From Octopus bimaculoides (taxonomy: Eukaryota), in contig NC_068989.1 of the NCBI RefSeq assembly GCF_001194135.2, forward strand, positions 58,205,163 through 58,253,300: DNA of 48,138 bases, given 5' to 3'. Below the pieces are notes generated by a model, which was not told where the DNA came from, did not search any database, and saw nothing but the letters and a program-made list of their open reading frames with translations. The position numbers were made by a program, and so were the translations under genes. Each line of letters opens with the position of its first letter. Within the stretch, counting starts at the first letter, position 1. Positions 12,331-24,695 of this stretch are shown in pieces.

Positions 12331-13963
12331 ATATATATATATATATATAAGGCAGTCATTTGGCAGAATCCTTAGAGCATCAGAAAAATTGAAAAATCCA
12401 TTTTAGCAAAGCAATATAACAGGGAAACATCCGTAGTCGCTCAGCCTGCTAAAAATAGTAACTAATCTCCCTAAAATGCCATATAGCTATCTTTAAAAAA
12501 GAAAAGATACAATGGGCATTGTAAATCTTGAATATTCAAAAAAAAAAAGACAAGAATGTTCACAGCTAGAATTCTTTTGCTCAGAGGCCTGTTCAGTTAA
12601 TGTTGACCTGGGGCCATATAGCAACAACAATTTGCTCAAACATTTAATGCTAAATTTCCATATTGATAGAAACATGAAAACTTTGCCAGTGCTGGAAATT
12701 ATCTTTAAAATCACTGGCACTGCACCAAATAACCTTTTGCCCTTTTCTGCAAGGATGATCAGAAGGATAGAGCTATCTGATTTAATGATCTGTTGTAGGG
12801 TTGCTGCAAACAAAACCTGAAGTTTCACTAGAAAATGTATTGTTGAAATCAATAAAGAAAGCATCATCATGAACAACAGTTCGACCAGTACCAACACTAA
12901 CATCTCTAAAACCGCCATCACTTAGAATATCACCAACCACACCTTCACCACCGCCTTTATTCCATATATCCTACGCACAGAGCTTGGCTGCAGCAGATAT
13001 CTCAGCCATTTCCTTTTACTACCAAATTTCAATATCGGAAATCCACAAGCCTTGACCAAGAAATGCGTGTCTATCAATGTTGCCTTTATTATTGCTGCAT
13101 GTGTATGTGTGTGTATGTGTATGCTTGTGTGTGTATGTGCATGAATGTTTGTGTGAGTATGTGTGTGTGTGCATGTGTGTGTGTGTGTGTGTGTGTATGT
13201 GAGTGTATGCACATGTGTGTGTGTATTTCTGTGTATGTGCGTGAATGTGTATGTGAGTGTGTGTGTTTGTGTGTGTGTGCATGCATGTACATGTGTGTGT
13301 ATGTGTTTGTGAGTGAGTGTATGCACACATGTGTGTATGGACATGCGTGTGTGTACGTGTGTATGTGTATTTCTGTGTATATGTGTGTGCACGTGTGTGT
13401 GTGTGTGTGTTTACATATGTGCTGTGTGAGTGCATTTACTACTCGATTAATGTAAGCTGTATTTCTCTGTTTATCCTATCTGGATGCCTGTGTTGTGTAT
13501 ATGTAAAATGTAAATTTAGCAGCTACACAGTTTCTTTCAACGTCTCTCATACTGTGCAGCTGTAAGAGTTTCTGTCATCAATAATTGTAGATAAACTACA
13601 GGAACATTAACCATGTCAACCTCTGGAATGCCTGCAACAAGCAGGGGTACGGCTTTCTTTCTCCAGATACAACAACAACAACCACTGCCACTGCTTCCAC
13701 CAATACTACCACCGCCGCCACCACCACCACTATCATCAACATCATTTTAACATCTATTTTTTCCATGCTTTCATAGATTCAATAGAATTTATTGAGGCAG
13801 ATTTTCTGTATTTGGATGCCCTTCCTGTCACAAACTCTTGACTGTCTCCAAGGAAGGTAATTTTTCCCCATGACCAGATATGGGTGCACACATGTATGCA
13901 CATACACACACACACACTGACACTCACACAGATAAATAGGTAGTTAGATACATAGATATGTAA

Positions 13964-14030
<67 letters not shown>

Positions 14031-14554
14031 NNNNNNNNNNNNNNNNNNNNNNNNNNNNNNNNNNNNNNNNNNNNNNNNNNNNNNNNNNNNNNNNNNNNNN
14101 NNNNNNNNNNNNNNNNNNNNNNNNNNNNNNNNNNNNNNNNNNNNNNNNNNNNNNNNNNNNNNNNNNNNNNNNNNNNNNNNNNNNNNNNNNNNNNNNNNNN
14201 NNNNNNNNNNNNNNNNNNNNNNNNNNNNNNNNNNNNNNNNNNNNNNNNNNNNNNNNNNNNNNNNNNNNNNNNNNNNNNNNNNNNNNNNNNNNNNNNNNNN
14301 NNNNNNNNNNNNNNNNNNNNNNNNNNNNNNNNNNNNNNNNNNNNNNNNNNNNNNNNNNNNNNNNNNNNNNNNNNNNNNNNNNNNNNNNNNNNNNNNNNNN
14401 NNNNNNNNNNNNNNNNNNNNNNNNNNNNNNNNNNNNNNNNNNNNNNNNNNNNNNNNNNNNNNNNNNNNNNNNNNNNNNNNNNNNNNNNNNNNNNNNNNNN
14501 NNNNNNNNNNNNNNNNNNNNNNNNNNNNNNNNNNNNNNNNNNNNNNNNNNNNNN

Positions 14555-14585
<31 letters not shown>

Positions 14586-15059
14586 TTTGTAGGATCCAAT
14601 ATAAGCAGGGAGTTTTAATAATAAAGATACTAATGTAGAGTCAAAGACAGCATACTCATATATCAACAGTGTGTACAGACATGCACATACTTATTAGAGT
14701 ATATATGGATTTGTCCATACAGTAAATGTTAAAGTTTATTTTAATTTTAATTCACCGGAACAAAACGTTCAATAAAAAAATCATATCTGAAACAGCTGTA
14801 GTGAACATCAGCTCATTTGTGTTTTTATTTACACACACACACACACTCCTATATATATATGTATGTACGTATCTATGTATATATATGTGTGTATGTGTAT
14901 ATATACATATATATATGTGTGTGTGTGTGTGCGTGTGTGTGTGCATATGTGTGTGTGTATGTATGAATGTGTGTACGTGTATATATATATATACATATAT
15001 ATATAGTAGTAGTAGTAGTAACAGAGAAAGAGGAATTTCGATTATCTCCACGTGGTAAG

Positions 15060-16150
15060 TTGTAATATATATAAGAAATTTTTTAAAATGTGAGTTCCAA
15101 TAGGCCAGCAGAGATTTCCTGAAATGCAAGCACGGTTCGAAAAACTCCATTCTGGAGTTAAGGATGTTTCCCGGGTAAAGGGAGTCCTTTAGAATCCCAT
15201 TCCATTAGGCATAGTTTAAAGCGCTTGGTCCCGTTTATGTATGGGCCAGGATTTTATAGTATTCTCCATGATATTGTGTATTGAATCCTGTCGTCTTTCA
15301 GTTGTCATACATGGCTGGCTAATAACGTAACATATCTCCTTTCCAGTATCCTGAAGGAGGATCTGTGGTTGGAGAGGCGTTATTTGAACGTGTTCCCAGA
15401 GCAGCCGATGTATCTCCGTGGTCGGGTGTTGGTGGTGCTGTGTCTGTTGGTGTTGACATTGGCGTTGCTGCTACCAGTGTTGTTGGTACTGGCATTGTTG
15501 ATATTGGCGTCATTGGAGGTGGCGATGGTGTTTGTGCTGCCACTGCCGGTGTTGGTAAAGGTGTTGTTGTTGTTATGGTCATCGTCATTGATGGAGGCAC
15601 AGTCACTGCTGTTATAGATGACATTGGCGGAATTTTAGCTTGGAAATGACGCCTAGTTGTTCCGTTTCGAAGGGCTCGAGGTCCTTGATCTTGGGTGGGT
15701 ATTTTCTAGATTTGATCCCATAGGTGTTGCTCTCCGGGAATAGCGTGGCTAGGTTGTGGTAGAAGGCTTTCCATCTCATTCGCCTTATTACGTCCATCAT
15801 CTTTTCTAGCAGCGTTCGAGTGTACAGTTCATTAGATATATAGGTATATTTTTAGTGGAGTACCCAAGGTCAAAGCATTCCATATTCATGAGGGACCAAG
15901 TGGTTTCCGTAAATATGTATAAGCGCGGCCTACTGACCAGCTATTTGACACAAACCACGTGGTTTTTGTAAAACACTCTGGCTACAGAGCGAGATGGTAG
16001 AACATAAATCCGTAAAAAAGAAGCACACTCTAAGTTATAGAGCAGTATATAATATAAAGTTAGATAAGCTCGGTTTATGGGATTACCCTAGGTTTCACGT
16101 CCATAAAGCGCTTAGCTTTACGGTGTATCATCAGATCCCAAACGCCAGAA
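15060..16150 (-). mobile_element. Internally deleted Penelope-like element: N-terminus, T/P-rich linker, GIY-YIG C-terminal tail, no RT
   Basis: MECFDLGYSTKNIPI.../LLEKMMDVIRRMRWKAFY...YGIKSRKYPPKIKDLEPFE (15880-15640) resembles PLE N-termini. LASHV*QLKDDRIQYTISWRIL*...KRFKLCLME...NILNSRMEF..CLH (15310-15100) resembles the end of the PLE GIY-YIG domain. Confidence 0.8.
16079..16139 (-). ncRNA. Type-I hammerhead ribozyme upstream of the Penelope-like ORF
   Basis: GGGAT-CTGATGA-tacaCCGTAAAGC[TAAGC]GCTTTATGGacgt-GAAA-CCTAGG-GTA-ATCCC. Stem I is a perfect 5 bp and the GUA site is at 16086-16084. Confidence 0.75.
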
Positions 16151-17922
16151 AAACAGTGCTTTTCAATAAAGGTTCGACCTGAGTCAATAAAATAAGTACC
16201 TTTTCAGGGTCAATAAAATAAGTACGAGCTGAGCACTGAGATCAATGTAATCAACTTACCGCATCCCCAAACTTGTTGGCCCTCTGCCAAAATTTGAACG
16301 CAATAATTAATAGGTCGCTAAATAATAATTAGCATACTCCTATGCAGGGTTTGAACTCAAAAATTTTATTTAGCAAACAAAGATTTCAGTACTCTTAACC
16401 AGTTATCACAATCCTTTATATTTTTTCTACACTTCATTATCAACTGTGTCCATTCATCCTTTGTTTCAATTAATCTTGTTTCAATTAATGACTAATTTAG
16501 TAAAACAATTTTAATACAAAATGTTGATGGAAGGTTTTTAAATATAGATCACTAAAACCCTTTTGTTACCATATTTCTGTTGAAATACATTACTTTCATC
16601 TCAATTAATTTTGAAAATAATGAAGGATACTGGCCGACGTCACCTTACTTATAGTGACAGACTCATTCTACTCGCCACGTGGGAGGAGTGTATCATTATT
16701 ACTAATTCCCTACATCTCCCCTTTTAAGTTTTTCTTAGGAAGTGTCATTTTATTTAGCAATAATATTTTTATTCACCCCCACCTCCCTTTTTTGAAGTTT
16801 TTCTTTTTTTCGAGTAATTTAATATTTTTTCTCTTAGCATCTATTTTCAGAAATTCTATCTTTTTTTCTTTTCTTTTCATTTGTAGGCCTGGATTCAATC
16901 ACCGGCAGTGGAGTTGGTACTTGGAACGTTCCTCCAACTTCGTTGGTTCGCTTTCCACAAATCTCTTTTTTAGTTGGTTCCTGTGTCTCTTTTGTATACC
17001 TTTTCTACTTTTTACTCAATACATCATTTTACCTATGTATTTGGTAATTTCGCCCTCTTCCCAGTTCTGTTTTTCATTTTTGTATGTCCTCATATACACC
17101 TTTACACCAACTTCAAAAAATCTTGCTCTGTCTTCCCTGGCACTTTTTCTTTTCTTGTTAGGAAGCAATTTATCAAAAACTGACTTTACTTTCCTTGCAA
17201 ACAGCGGCTTCGTTGGTGAACTACCTGCTGGAGTATTCGGACTTGATGTTACACAATACACTCTTAAAAATTGTTTTAGAGCTACCTCATCCATGCTTTC
17301 CTTAAAACAATTTTGAAGGTATCAACAAAGGGTTCTGCTTGTCCATTAGATCTGGGATGGTATAGCACCGTAGTTATATGCCCTACCTTGAACATTTTGC
17401 AGAACTTTTTTAATTTTCTAGACACAAATTGCGTTCCGTTATCATCAATTACTTGCCCTAAGTATTTGATAGTTTATTTTATTTTCAACAAGAATTCACA
17501 CTTTACCTCCACACCAAAGGGAAGCCTCTTAAATTTACTATAAGCCATGGTGTGTGTTGATTTTAAACAAATGTATGTGCGACTAAAAATTCGTTCACCT
17601 TTGTTGAAAAATCTGTACAAACTCTTCGTTTGTCATTCTTCTTTTTCATGTAAACCGTCAGTGTTGCCCAGTCTGCGTAGTCATTCTTTTCACTTATACC
17701 AAGACTTTCCACTTCTTTGTTAACCTAGTCTATTGCTGCAAACAGTACATTTCTTTTTTGCATACATACAGGTGTTTTGTGTTTTATTGCAACACAAAAC
17801 ACATGGGTGTATCCCATAAATTAAATAGTTGTATCCACTCTGTGCCAAATAAATTAAGTGAATGTTTTCATACATATATCTTAGTCTTTTTCGTTTGACT
17901 TCGAAATGTTACGTTACATATA

Positions 17923-18964
17923 TGTAGTGAAACTACCTATCGCCATTATATACAAACAAACTATCTTCTCACTTTTATATATAAACAAGCGCGGGCGTAG
18001 TAGAAAACATCTTTCCCTGTCATCACATGACTAATTATTATTTGAAGCGGCAACTGCTTCGTACCGTTCCCGCCAGAACGCAAACTGACCAATCACAACT
18101 CCTAATAAGGTCATGTGATAGTGTTTTTCTAATACTTCTCTGGAGCCCCTGTTTTACTTTAAATAGCCTAAATTCAGCGGCAAAATTCGTCTCGGTTTAG
18201 TTCTCTTAGAGACTGTTCCGTGTACCACACACAGCAGCAGCAGCCAGCGACAACAACCAACAGCTTCGTACTACTACGACTACCACCGACGTCGCCATCA
18301 GCAACACGACACTACGACTACCAACATCGTCAACATGACTTCTACGTACACCAACTAACCAAACTACCGCGGCACATCTCTCTTCGATTCTGTTTGTGCG
18401 ATTCACCTTCGCCACGATGGACAACAGACAAGAACCTAGCCTGCGACGAACAACTGTATACAAGAACCCGGCCCGGCATAGAAGCCCTAACATCACAACG
18501 AGTGATCGCTCTGCCACACACGCCTCAACTTCTTACATACAGACTCTTCCTATTGTGTACTCAACAAACCGGCAAATGCTCACACATGTTACTGACTCTT
18601 TCTATCTGCTGTATCTCACGCATTCACATACATTGGTGCACACACTCTTTTGTATACACACTATTCTATTTACATGACGGCCTGTCTTTTATTATGTTTT
18701 CATTATGTCGCATTCACACTCGCACACAGACATACATTTTAATGTCACAATAAATATTTCTGTTATTCATCTCTATCGGTTGTGTTCTATCGTCTTCCTT
18801 TACTGGCCATTTAAGAAATCACTATGTTATCGAAGTATAGCATATTTATATATCATCATTTGATATAATTTTGTGTTCGACCGTGTGACGCGTTTAAATA
18901 AAAGGAGTCCTGTTTTTCCATTCGTCACCATTTCTCCTTTTGGGTTCGCACGGTCGTTCTTACA
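17923..18964 (+). mobile_element. Solo LTR inserted into the Gypsy protease region
   Basis: Begins TGTAG and ends TTACA, flanked by TATA on both sides. The Gypsy peptide resumes across it (..ECIC | NVTF..). It contains CCAAT and AATAAA. Orientation is inferred from these signals. Confidence 0.7.
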
Positions 18965-19737
18965 TATACATTCACTGATAAAATAAATCTTTTTCCCATA
19001 ACACCATGTGCTACCTTTTTAGATTTAATCAATTTTGGCTTACCGACTTGTTTCCACGTTTTTTCATTTATAATAGTCATGTAACTACCGGTGTCGAACT
19101 TCAATTTTACACTTGTACTTTTAATTTTCACTTTTACGGATTTTCTGTTCGTTGTGTTACCCTTTTTTGCGATGACAGACTATTTACTTTTTTCTCATTG
19201 TTCTGACGTTTTATCATCTTCGGTCTACAATTTTATATGTCCTATATTTCCACAATGAAGACACTTCACTTTTTTAAATGGACAATTTTTCCTCAGGTGC
19301 ATGCCACTTGTGTAAAACATGGGTTTATATCCTGATGTTTGTCGTGTTTTTTAGAAAACACTTTATCTCTATTCAGACTATTCTGCACTGGTTTTACTTG
19401 GAAACAATCTTCACGTTCAATTTCCTCTGTGTCGTGTTTTAATTTAAGTATCCTTTCACATTCTTCAAACACTTTTTACAGGGTTACATCCTAACTTTGT
19501 TCCAGCTTTGCAAGAATTCTAGGTCTGAATTCTGCGTCCTTTTTGGCAGTTAGTCCCTGTGTAAAAATCAGGCATTCGAACATATCTAGAGTTAATTTAT
19601 CCAGCTTAAGCTTCTCACATTCCCTGTTTACTCTACCAGCACATGTGATAAAGTCTTCGTCGTTGCTTTTCTCTCTGTTCAGACACTTCCAGCGTGTGTT
19701 GAACAATGAGCATTTTTCAGTGGAAATCATACACAAT

Positions 19738-20405
19738 CAGTGGTGGCTCGTGTATAGGAACTGCAGCACCCCTATTTCTACTCGATATTATCGATAACAT
19801 TCAATATAATGAGTCCTTTTTTCTTTAATTCTTTCTTTATACTTGTACATTATATAATCCTTAAGCTTAATGTCAGTAGCCATCCCCTAGTATATGAAAA
19901 AAATACAAGAATCCTTGTATAGAACTGTGAAGTTCCAGCGACGAGGTGTTTGGTTGTTGTACGCATACTCACATGTCCAAAATAGGAAGCTTCACGGTAG
20001 GGAGAGAGAGAGAAATGCGTGAACGACAGTGCCGGGTGAAAGGTAATGTTTCTTTTTGACTCCGCATGCGTTGTGCTTAAAAACGTTTTTATATTCTTGA
20101 ATGTGATAAAGTGTAGAATTAGATTATTATCCTGCTTCCAGGTTCAGTGTTGCTACCAGAATTTGAAAAATGGGGCACCCCCCACCACTACCTTATGATT
20201 TGGGTGGGGGGAACAATGGGGAATTCACAGCGGTATTCGGTGAACAAATTAAACACACTACAAGCAGTGGCTAAAACGCGAACAGATCAAGTTTATGCAT
20301 AAATTTTCTTTCTATATGTTTGTTTCCTTTCACACAACATTAAAACAACGGCTAAAAATTTTCTGAAACAGCACCCCAATTAATTTTATATACGAGCCGT
20401 CACTG
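19738..20405. mobile_element. Non-autonomous hAT-type element (MITE) inserted in gag
   Basis: Imperfect 13-bp TIRs (CAGTGGTGGCTCG / CGAGCCGTCACTG) and a perfect 8-bp TSD TACACAAT (19730-19737, 20406-20413). Confidence 0.85.
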
Positions 20406-21153
20406 TACACAATATATCTATTGTGTCATTAAAGTTTACGTCGGACGGTTTTCTTGGGAGTACAAAATTATTCATGTTCGTGTTCTGTTGGCGCCAGTTT
20501 TCTCCTGATTAAGCGAGTTTTCATCTCGTCGTTCCAATCTTTACATTCTTTCTCGAAGATTTTCTCATATCTTCTGTAATACGCTTCGAAGGTAACTCCT
20601 TCGTCGGGTTCGTATTTAAATTCAGTTATTGAATTCGCAGCGTAATCTGACAAGAACACTTTTTTTAGCTTTCCTGACGACTTCCTTAATTGCAGCATTT
20701 GTTACTGTAATATTAATTGTTGTCGTTGTTGGTCTTGCAGTTGTATCTGCTGTTGTTCTTCTTCTTTTAACTGTTGTTGTTGCTGTTTTTGCAACTCAAG
20801 CAAACCGACCAATAAATCTTCCATAATTTTACGATTTTTCGTAAAATTTACACAACAAAAACTTTGTGTTTATTGACACCTCTACGAGTTTCTATTAACT
20901 CTACGTGAATTGGTTAATCCTCGCTGAGTTTATCAATTTCTCGTGAGTTGTTTAAATGCTCTTCGAGTTTCTATCAACTCCATGTGAATCGGTTTATCCT
21001 CGTCGCCACTGTTGTATCTATTTTTGTATGACGGTTGCCGCTCTGACAGATATTGTTATATTCTGAAGTTGTCGATAGAATGCTTCTATCTGGCACAGTA
21101 CGACCCCCGCTCGTCACGTGAGAGAGGTGTACCATTATTACTAATTCCCTACA

Positions 21154-22200
21154 ACATGCTATTATCAAGTACCCGCATAAAAAGGGTTTAGCCCCCAACA
21201 ATATTCATGCTGATATGGCTGCTACATTAGGGAATGACATTCCAGTGCAAAGATGGGCAGCTGGATTTAGGAAAGAAAGGGAGATTCTTGAAGATGACCC
21301 AAGATCTGGACGTCCTGCAACTGCCACCACCAAGGAAAACATTGATCATGTTCACCACATGCTGATGGATGACAGGCAATTGACTATAAATCAAATAGCC
21401 AATGCAATTAGCATATTCTGTGAGAGGGTTGAAAATATTCTGCATAATAAATTTGGCATGATGAAGGTGTCTGCTTGGTGAGTGTCTCATTTGACAGCTA
21501 ATCAAAAGTGCACCAGGTTGATCACATCACTGGAAAATCGGACATTCTTTCAAGCAGATCCAGCTGGGTTCCTTGAATGTTTCCATAACCAGGATGAGTG
21601 TTGGCTTCACCACTTTGAGCCAGAGACAAAGAGACAATCCATGCAGTGGAAACACCCCTCTTCCCCTTCTCCGAAGAAGGCCAAGGTCATTTCATCTGCA
21701 AGGAAGGTGACAGCCTCAGTTTTTTGAAGATGAAAATGGTATTGCATTTATTAACTATCTTTAAAAGGGCTACATCATCAATGCTGAGGCAGTTATCAAA
21801 GGTTATCAAGACCAAATGCCCAGATCTTTTGTTTTATCAGGATAATGCTCCAGCACTCAAGTCCTTGCTTTCAATGATTGCTGTGCATGCCTGTGGTTTT
21901 GAACTGGTTGATCACCCTCCCTATTTTCCTGGTTTGGCCCCATCTCACTATCTTCTGTTTCCCAATATGAAAAAACACTTGACTGAGAAACAGTATCACA
22001 GTGATGATGATGTCATATCTACTGCTAATGACATTTTTAACCAACAGGACAAAAGCTTCTTCACAAACGGGATCCAAGTACTGCAAGACTGACAAGAAAT
22101 GTGTGGACTGTAAGGGCTATTACATTGAAAAATAAACCTCATTTGATCACATTCCATGGGAGTATTTCGGTCTGCCTATGAACTTTTCAGTTGTCTCTTA
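21154..22200 (+). mobile_element. Degenerate mariner element, 5'-truncated
   Basis: LEDDPRSGRP, KVSAW*V, DECWLHHFEPETKRQSMQW, QDNAP, HPPYFPGLAPSHYLLFP, with stops and frameshifts; TIR-like end near 22170-22200. Confidence 0.9.
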
Positions 22201-24569
22201 TATAAAGATGGGATACTTATGAAGCTAGAATAGTCTCTGAACTCTGGTCAGTCAGGGCTCATTTAAGTCTAAACATGAGCAACAACATCAAGAGTCAAGC
22301 ACCCTAAAAGAAATCTTTATGACATTTTTTGCCATCAACCAGATGTCTGCACATTCTGAGTTCAAATTCCACTGAGGTTGACTTTGCTTTTCATCCTTTC
22401 AGGGTCAATAAATTAAGTATCAGTGAAACACTAGGTCAATGTAATTAACTAGTCCCCTCCCTGCAAATTTCAGGCATTGTACCTTTAGTAGAAAGGATTG
22501 TTATTATTATTATTACTATTATTATTATTATTATTATTATTGGGGGTCAATGTAATCAATCTATCTCCTCCCCCAAAATTGCTGGCCATGTGCCAAAACT
22601 TGACATTAATATTACTTATGTCCACAGTGAAACACTTTCATGGTTATGTGTTGGTTATATGTGGACTGATTTGGATTTCTATAAACATCTCCAACACTTA
22701 ACAGAAAGACTGATATTTATCAGGAAGTATTGATTTTAAATAAGAAGCCAGGACCAGTTTGCTTTAAGTTGACAAATGCTGTCATGAGTTGCCACTAAAC
22801 TTTGGTCACCTCAACCGCAGGAAAATGATGTGAATCAAGCTCCACCACTATGCAGTGGGCCTCTATGTGGTCACTTGACCTACTAGAAACAGCAAACAAT
22901 TCTCCCTCAAATCTCTACTTTGCCATCTTAAAAAAAAAAGATATATTGCTTAGTTCAGATATGTCAGGTCTGAAAAAAAAAAAAAAAAAAAAAAATGCTT
23001 ACAATAAGAACACTTCAGATTGATCAGAGTTGATATGGAGTTACAAAACAACAAAAGCAACACCAAAAACAACTGTGTAGTGAACAGCTACAGAATAGCC
23101 AAAGCAGGGTTTTGAAACCAAATCCACAATTTTATAGATTGGCAAACAAATTTCTGGTCTATTGTTTTTCTCTTCTCGGCACTCAGAGATTAATGTGAAT
23201 GAGTTGACCTCAGAAACCTTCTCTAGTCATAGAAGGGGCAGAAAAGATAATACTGCGAAAGTCTATAGTCTTAGATTCACTTGGTTTATTCAGTAACAAT
23301 ATCAAAACAAGAGCATATAGCTATCTTTCTGTCTTTGTCATTTCAGCTGCTGATAGAGGAGCAAACTTACAATTTTCTCTATTTATAAAGGAACTTTAAT
23401 CCTTCCCTCTCTAGCAGCATAGAGATGAAACTAGCTCCTAAACAGAATGAATCATGGATCCATAGAAATTGTTCTACAGCATTTACAAACAATGTGTACA
23501 CACAAGCAACTCATCACAGTTGCTAATTTCATTTTGTAACAACTAATATTATAAACAACTGAATAAATGCCCATCTTCGTAACGAATATTATTCTGTTCT
23601 TCAATCATTTCTCTGCAGCAAAACATTTTGGTGGCAACAGTGTTAAATTTACCACCATCACCCATTCCCCATCTTTCACTCTCTCATACTCTTTTGCAAT
23701 CTCTACTCTTCTGTCCCCATTCACTTCTACTCCCTTTGTACTTTAAGGGTCCACCTACACACCTCATTACCATGATGTGCACATTCTGCAGTAAGAAACT
23801 TGTTCTGCTCTGGGACCCTTTTCTCATAGTTAACCTCTCACCTCTTAGCATAAAGTTGCTTTTGGGTGGGGTTGTAAGCTGCATGACAACTTTATTAGTG
23901 CTGAGACCATGAAAAAAAGCACTTAGTATATGGTGTAAAGTTTTTGATGTTAATAAGGGCATCCAGCCAAAGACACCATACCAAAGTAGACACTGGAGCA
24001 TGATGTATTATAGAACCTGTTGTATCCTGACAAACTGATCAGCCCATGCCAGTATGGAACATAGATGTTAAATGATGATGACATACAAGCTAGTATTTAA
24101 AATCATTTAATTTCTTGTTGGAAACAAATGAAAAATAAAGTAAGAAAAACTCAAAAAGTATCTCAGAATGATTTTATATATTTAAGATTAAAGTACAGTG
24201 AATTGATCTAATGAAGCTTTTATGTGATAATGAACAAATGTTATGGTTGTACTTTTGAAGACTATAGCATATAGTCTATCTGATAAAGGATTGGATTTCT
24301 GATGTTTGAGGACATAGACTTGGTAAAAATCTGCAACTAGAAGTCTCAGCTAGGTCTCATCAACTGACAGAGTTATTACTCTATTCAAAGCATCCTAGAG
24401 GATAGATAACCTACTTGAAATACTGTTTGGAAGGGTTGGGAATGTTTTATGTAGGCATTAATCAAATATTTTTGGTGGTAATATAATAACAATATTGATT
24501 TCTAACATGAGAAATAATAATAATTCATCCTCTTCTTTTTGAAACAATCAGTTTTTCTTTCTAAATAGA

Positions 24570-24695
24570 TTACACTTCAAAGTTATCCTCTTCCAACAGT
24601 TTCCTATGTTGGTACTGTTTCAGTTGTATTCTCCACTGTCGGTAACCAATCACAGCTGTTGTTCCATACAGGAATAAACAAATGTAACCAATTAT
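24570..24695 (-). CDS. MARVEL-domain four-TM protein, last coding exon (TM4 and C-terminal tail)
   Basis: Acceptor ttgtttttttttag|; IIGYICLFLYGTTAVIGYRQWRIQLKQYQHRKLLEEDNFEV*; phase 0. Confidence 0.88.
   Translation of the reverse strand: MIGYICLFLYGTTAVIGYRQWRIQLKQYQHRKLLEEDNFEV

Larger units (their letters stand above)
16620..21153 (-). mobile_element. Degenerate Gypsy LTR retrotransposon with internal deletions and nested insertions
   Basis: 5' LTR 21153-21010 (TG...CA); PBS TGGCGACGAGG (21008-20998); gag FEAYYRRYEKIF..RKL; CCHC knuckle CLHCGNIGH; protease DTG; RT pieces; integrase DNGTQF..HPRSNGQAE; PPT AAAAGGGGAGA (16725-16715); 3' LTR starts TGTAGGGAATTAG at 16714. Confidence 0.9.

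Noticed and set aside
1098-14638. Many ORFs rich in YI/HT/CV or poly-H/S/D, and ORFs spanning X runs
   Set aside because: They are translations of (TA)n, (CA)n, (TATG)n and (CAT)n microsatellites or of N gaps; the same applies to similar ORFs elsewhere in the window.
15365-15649. Gly/Val-rich plus-strand ORFs
   Set aside because: They are antisense to the Thr/Pro-rich PLE linker.
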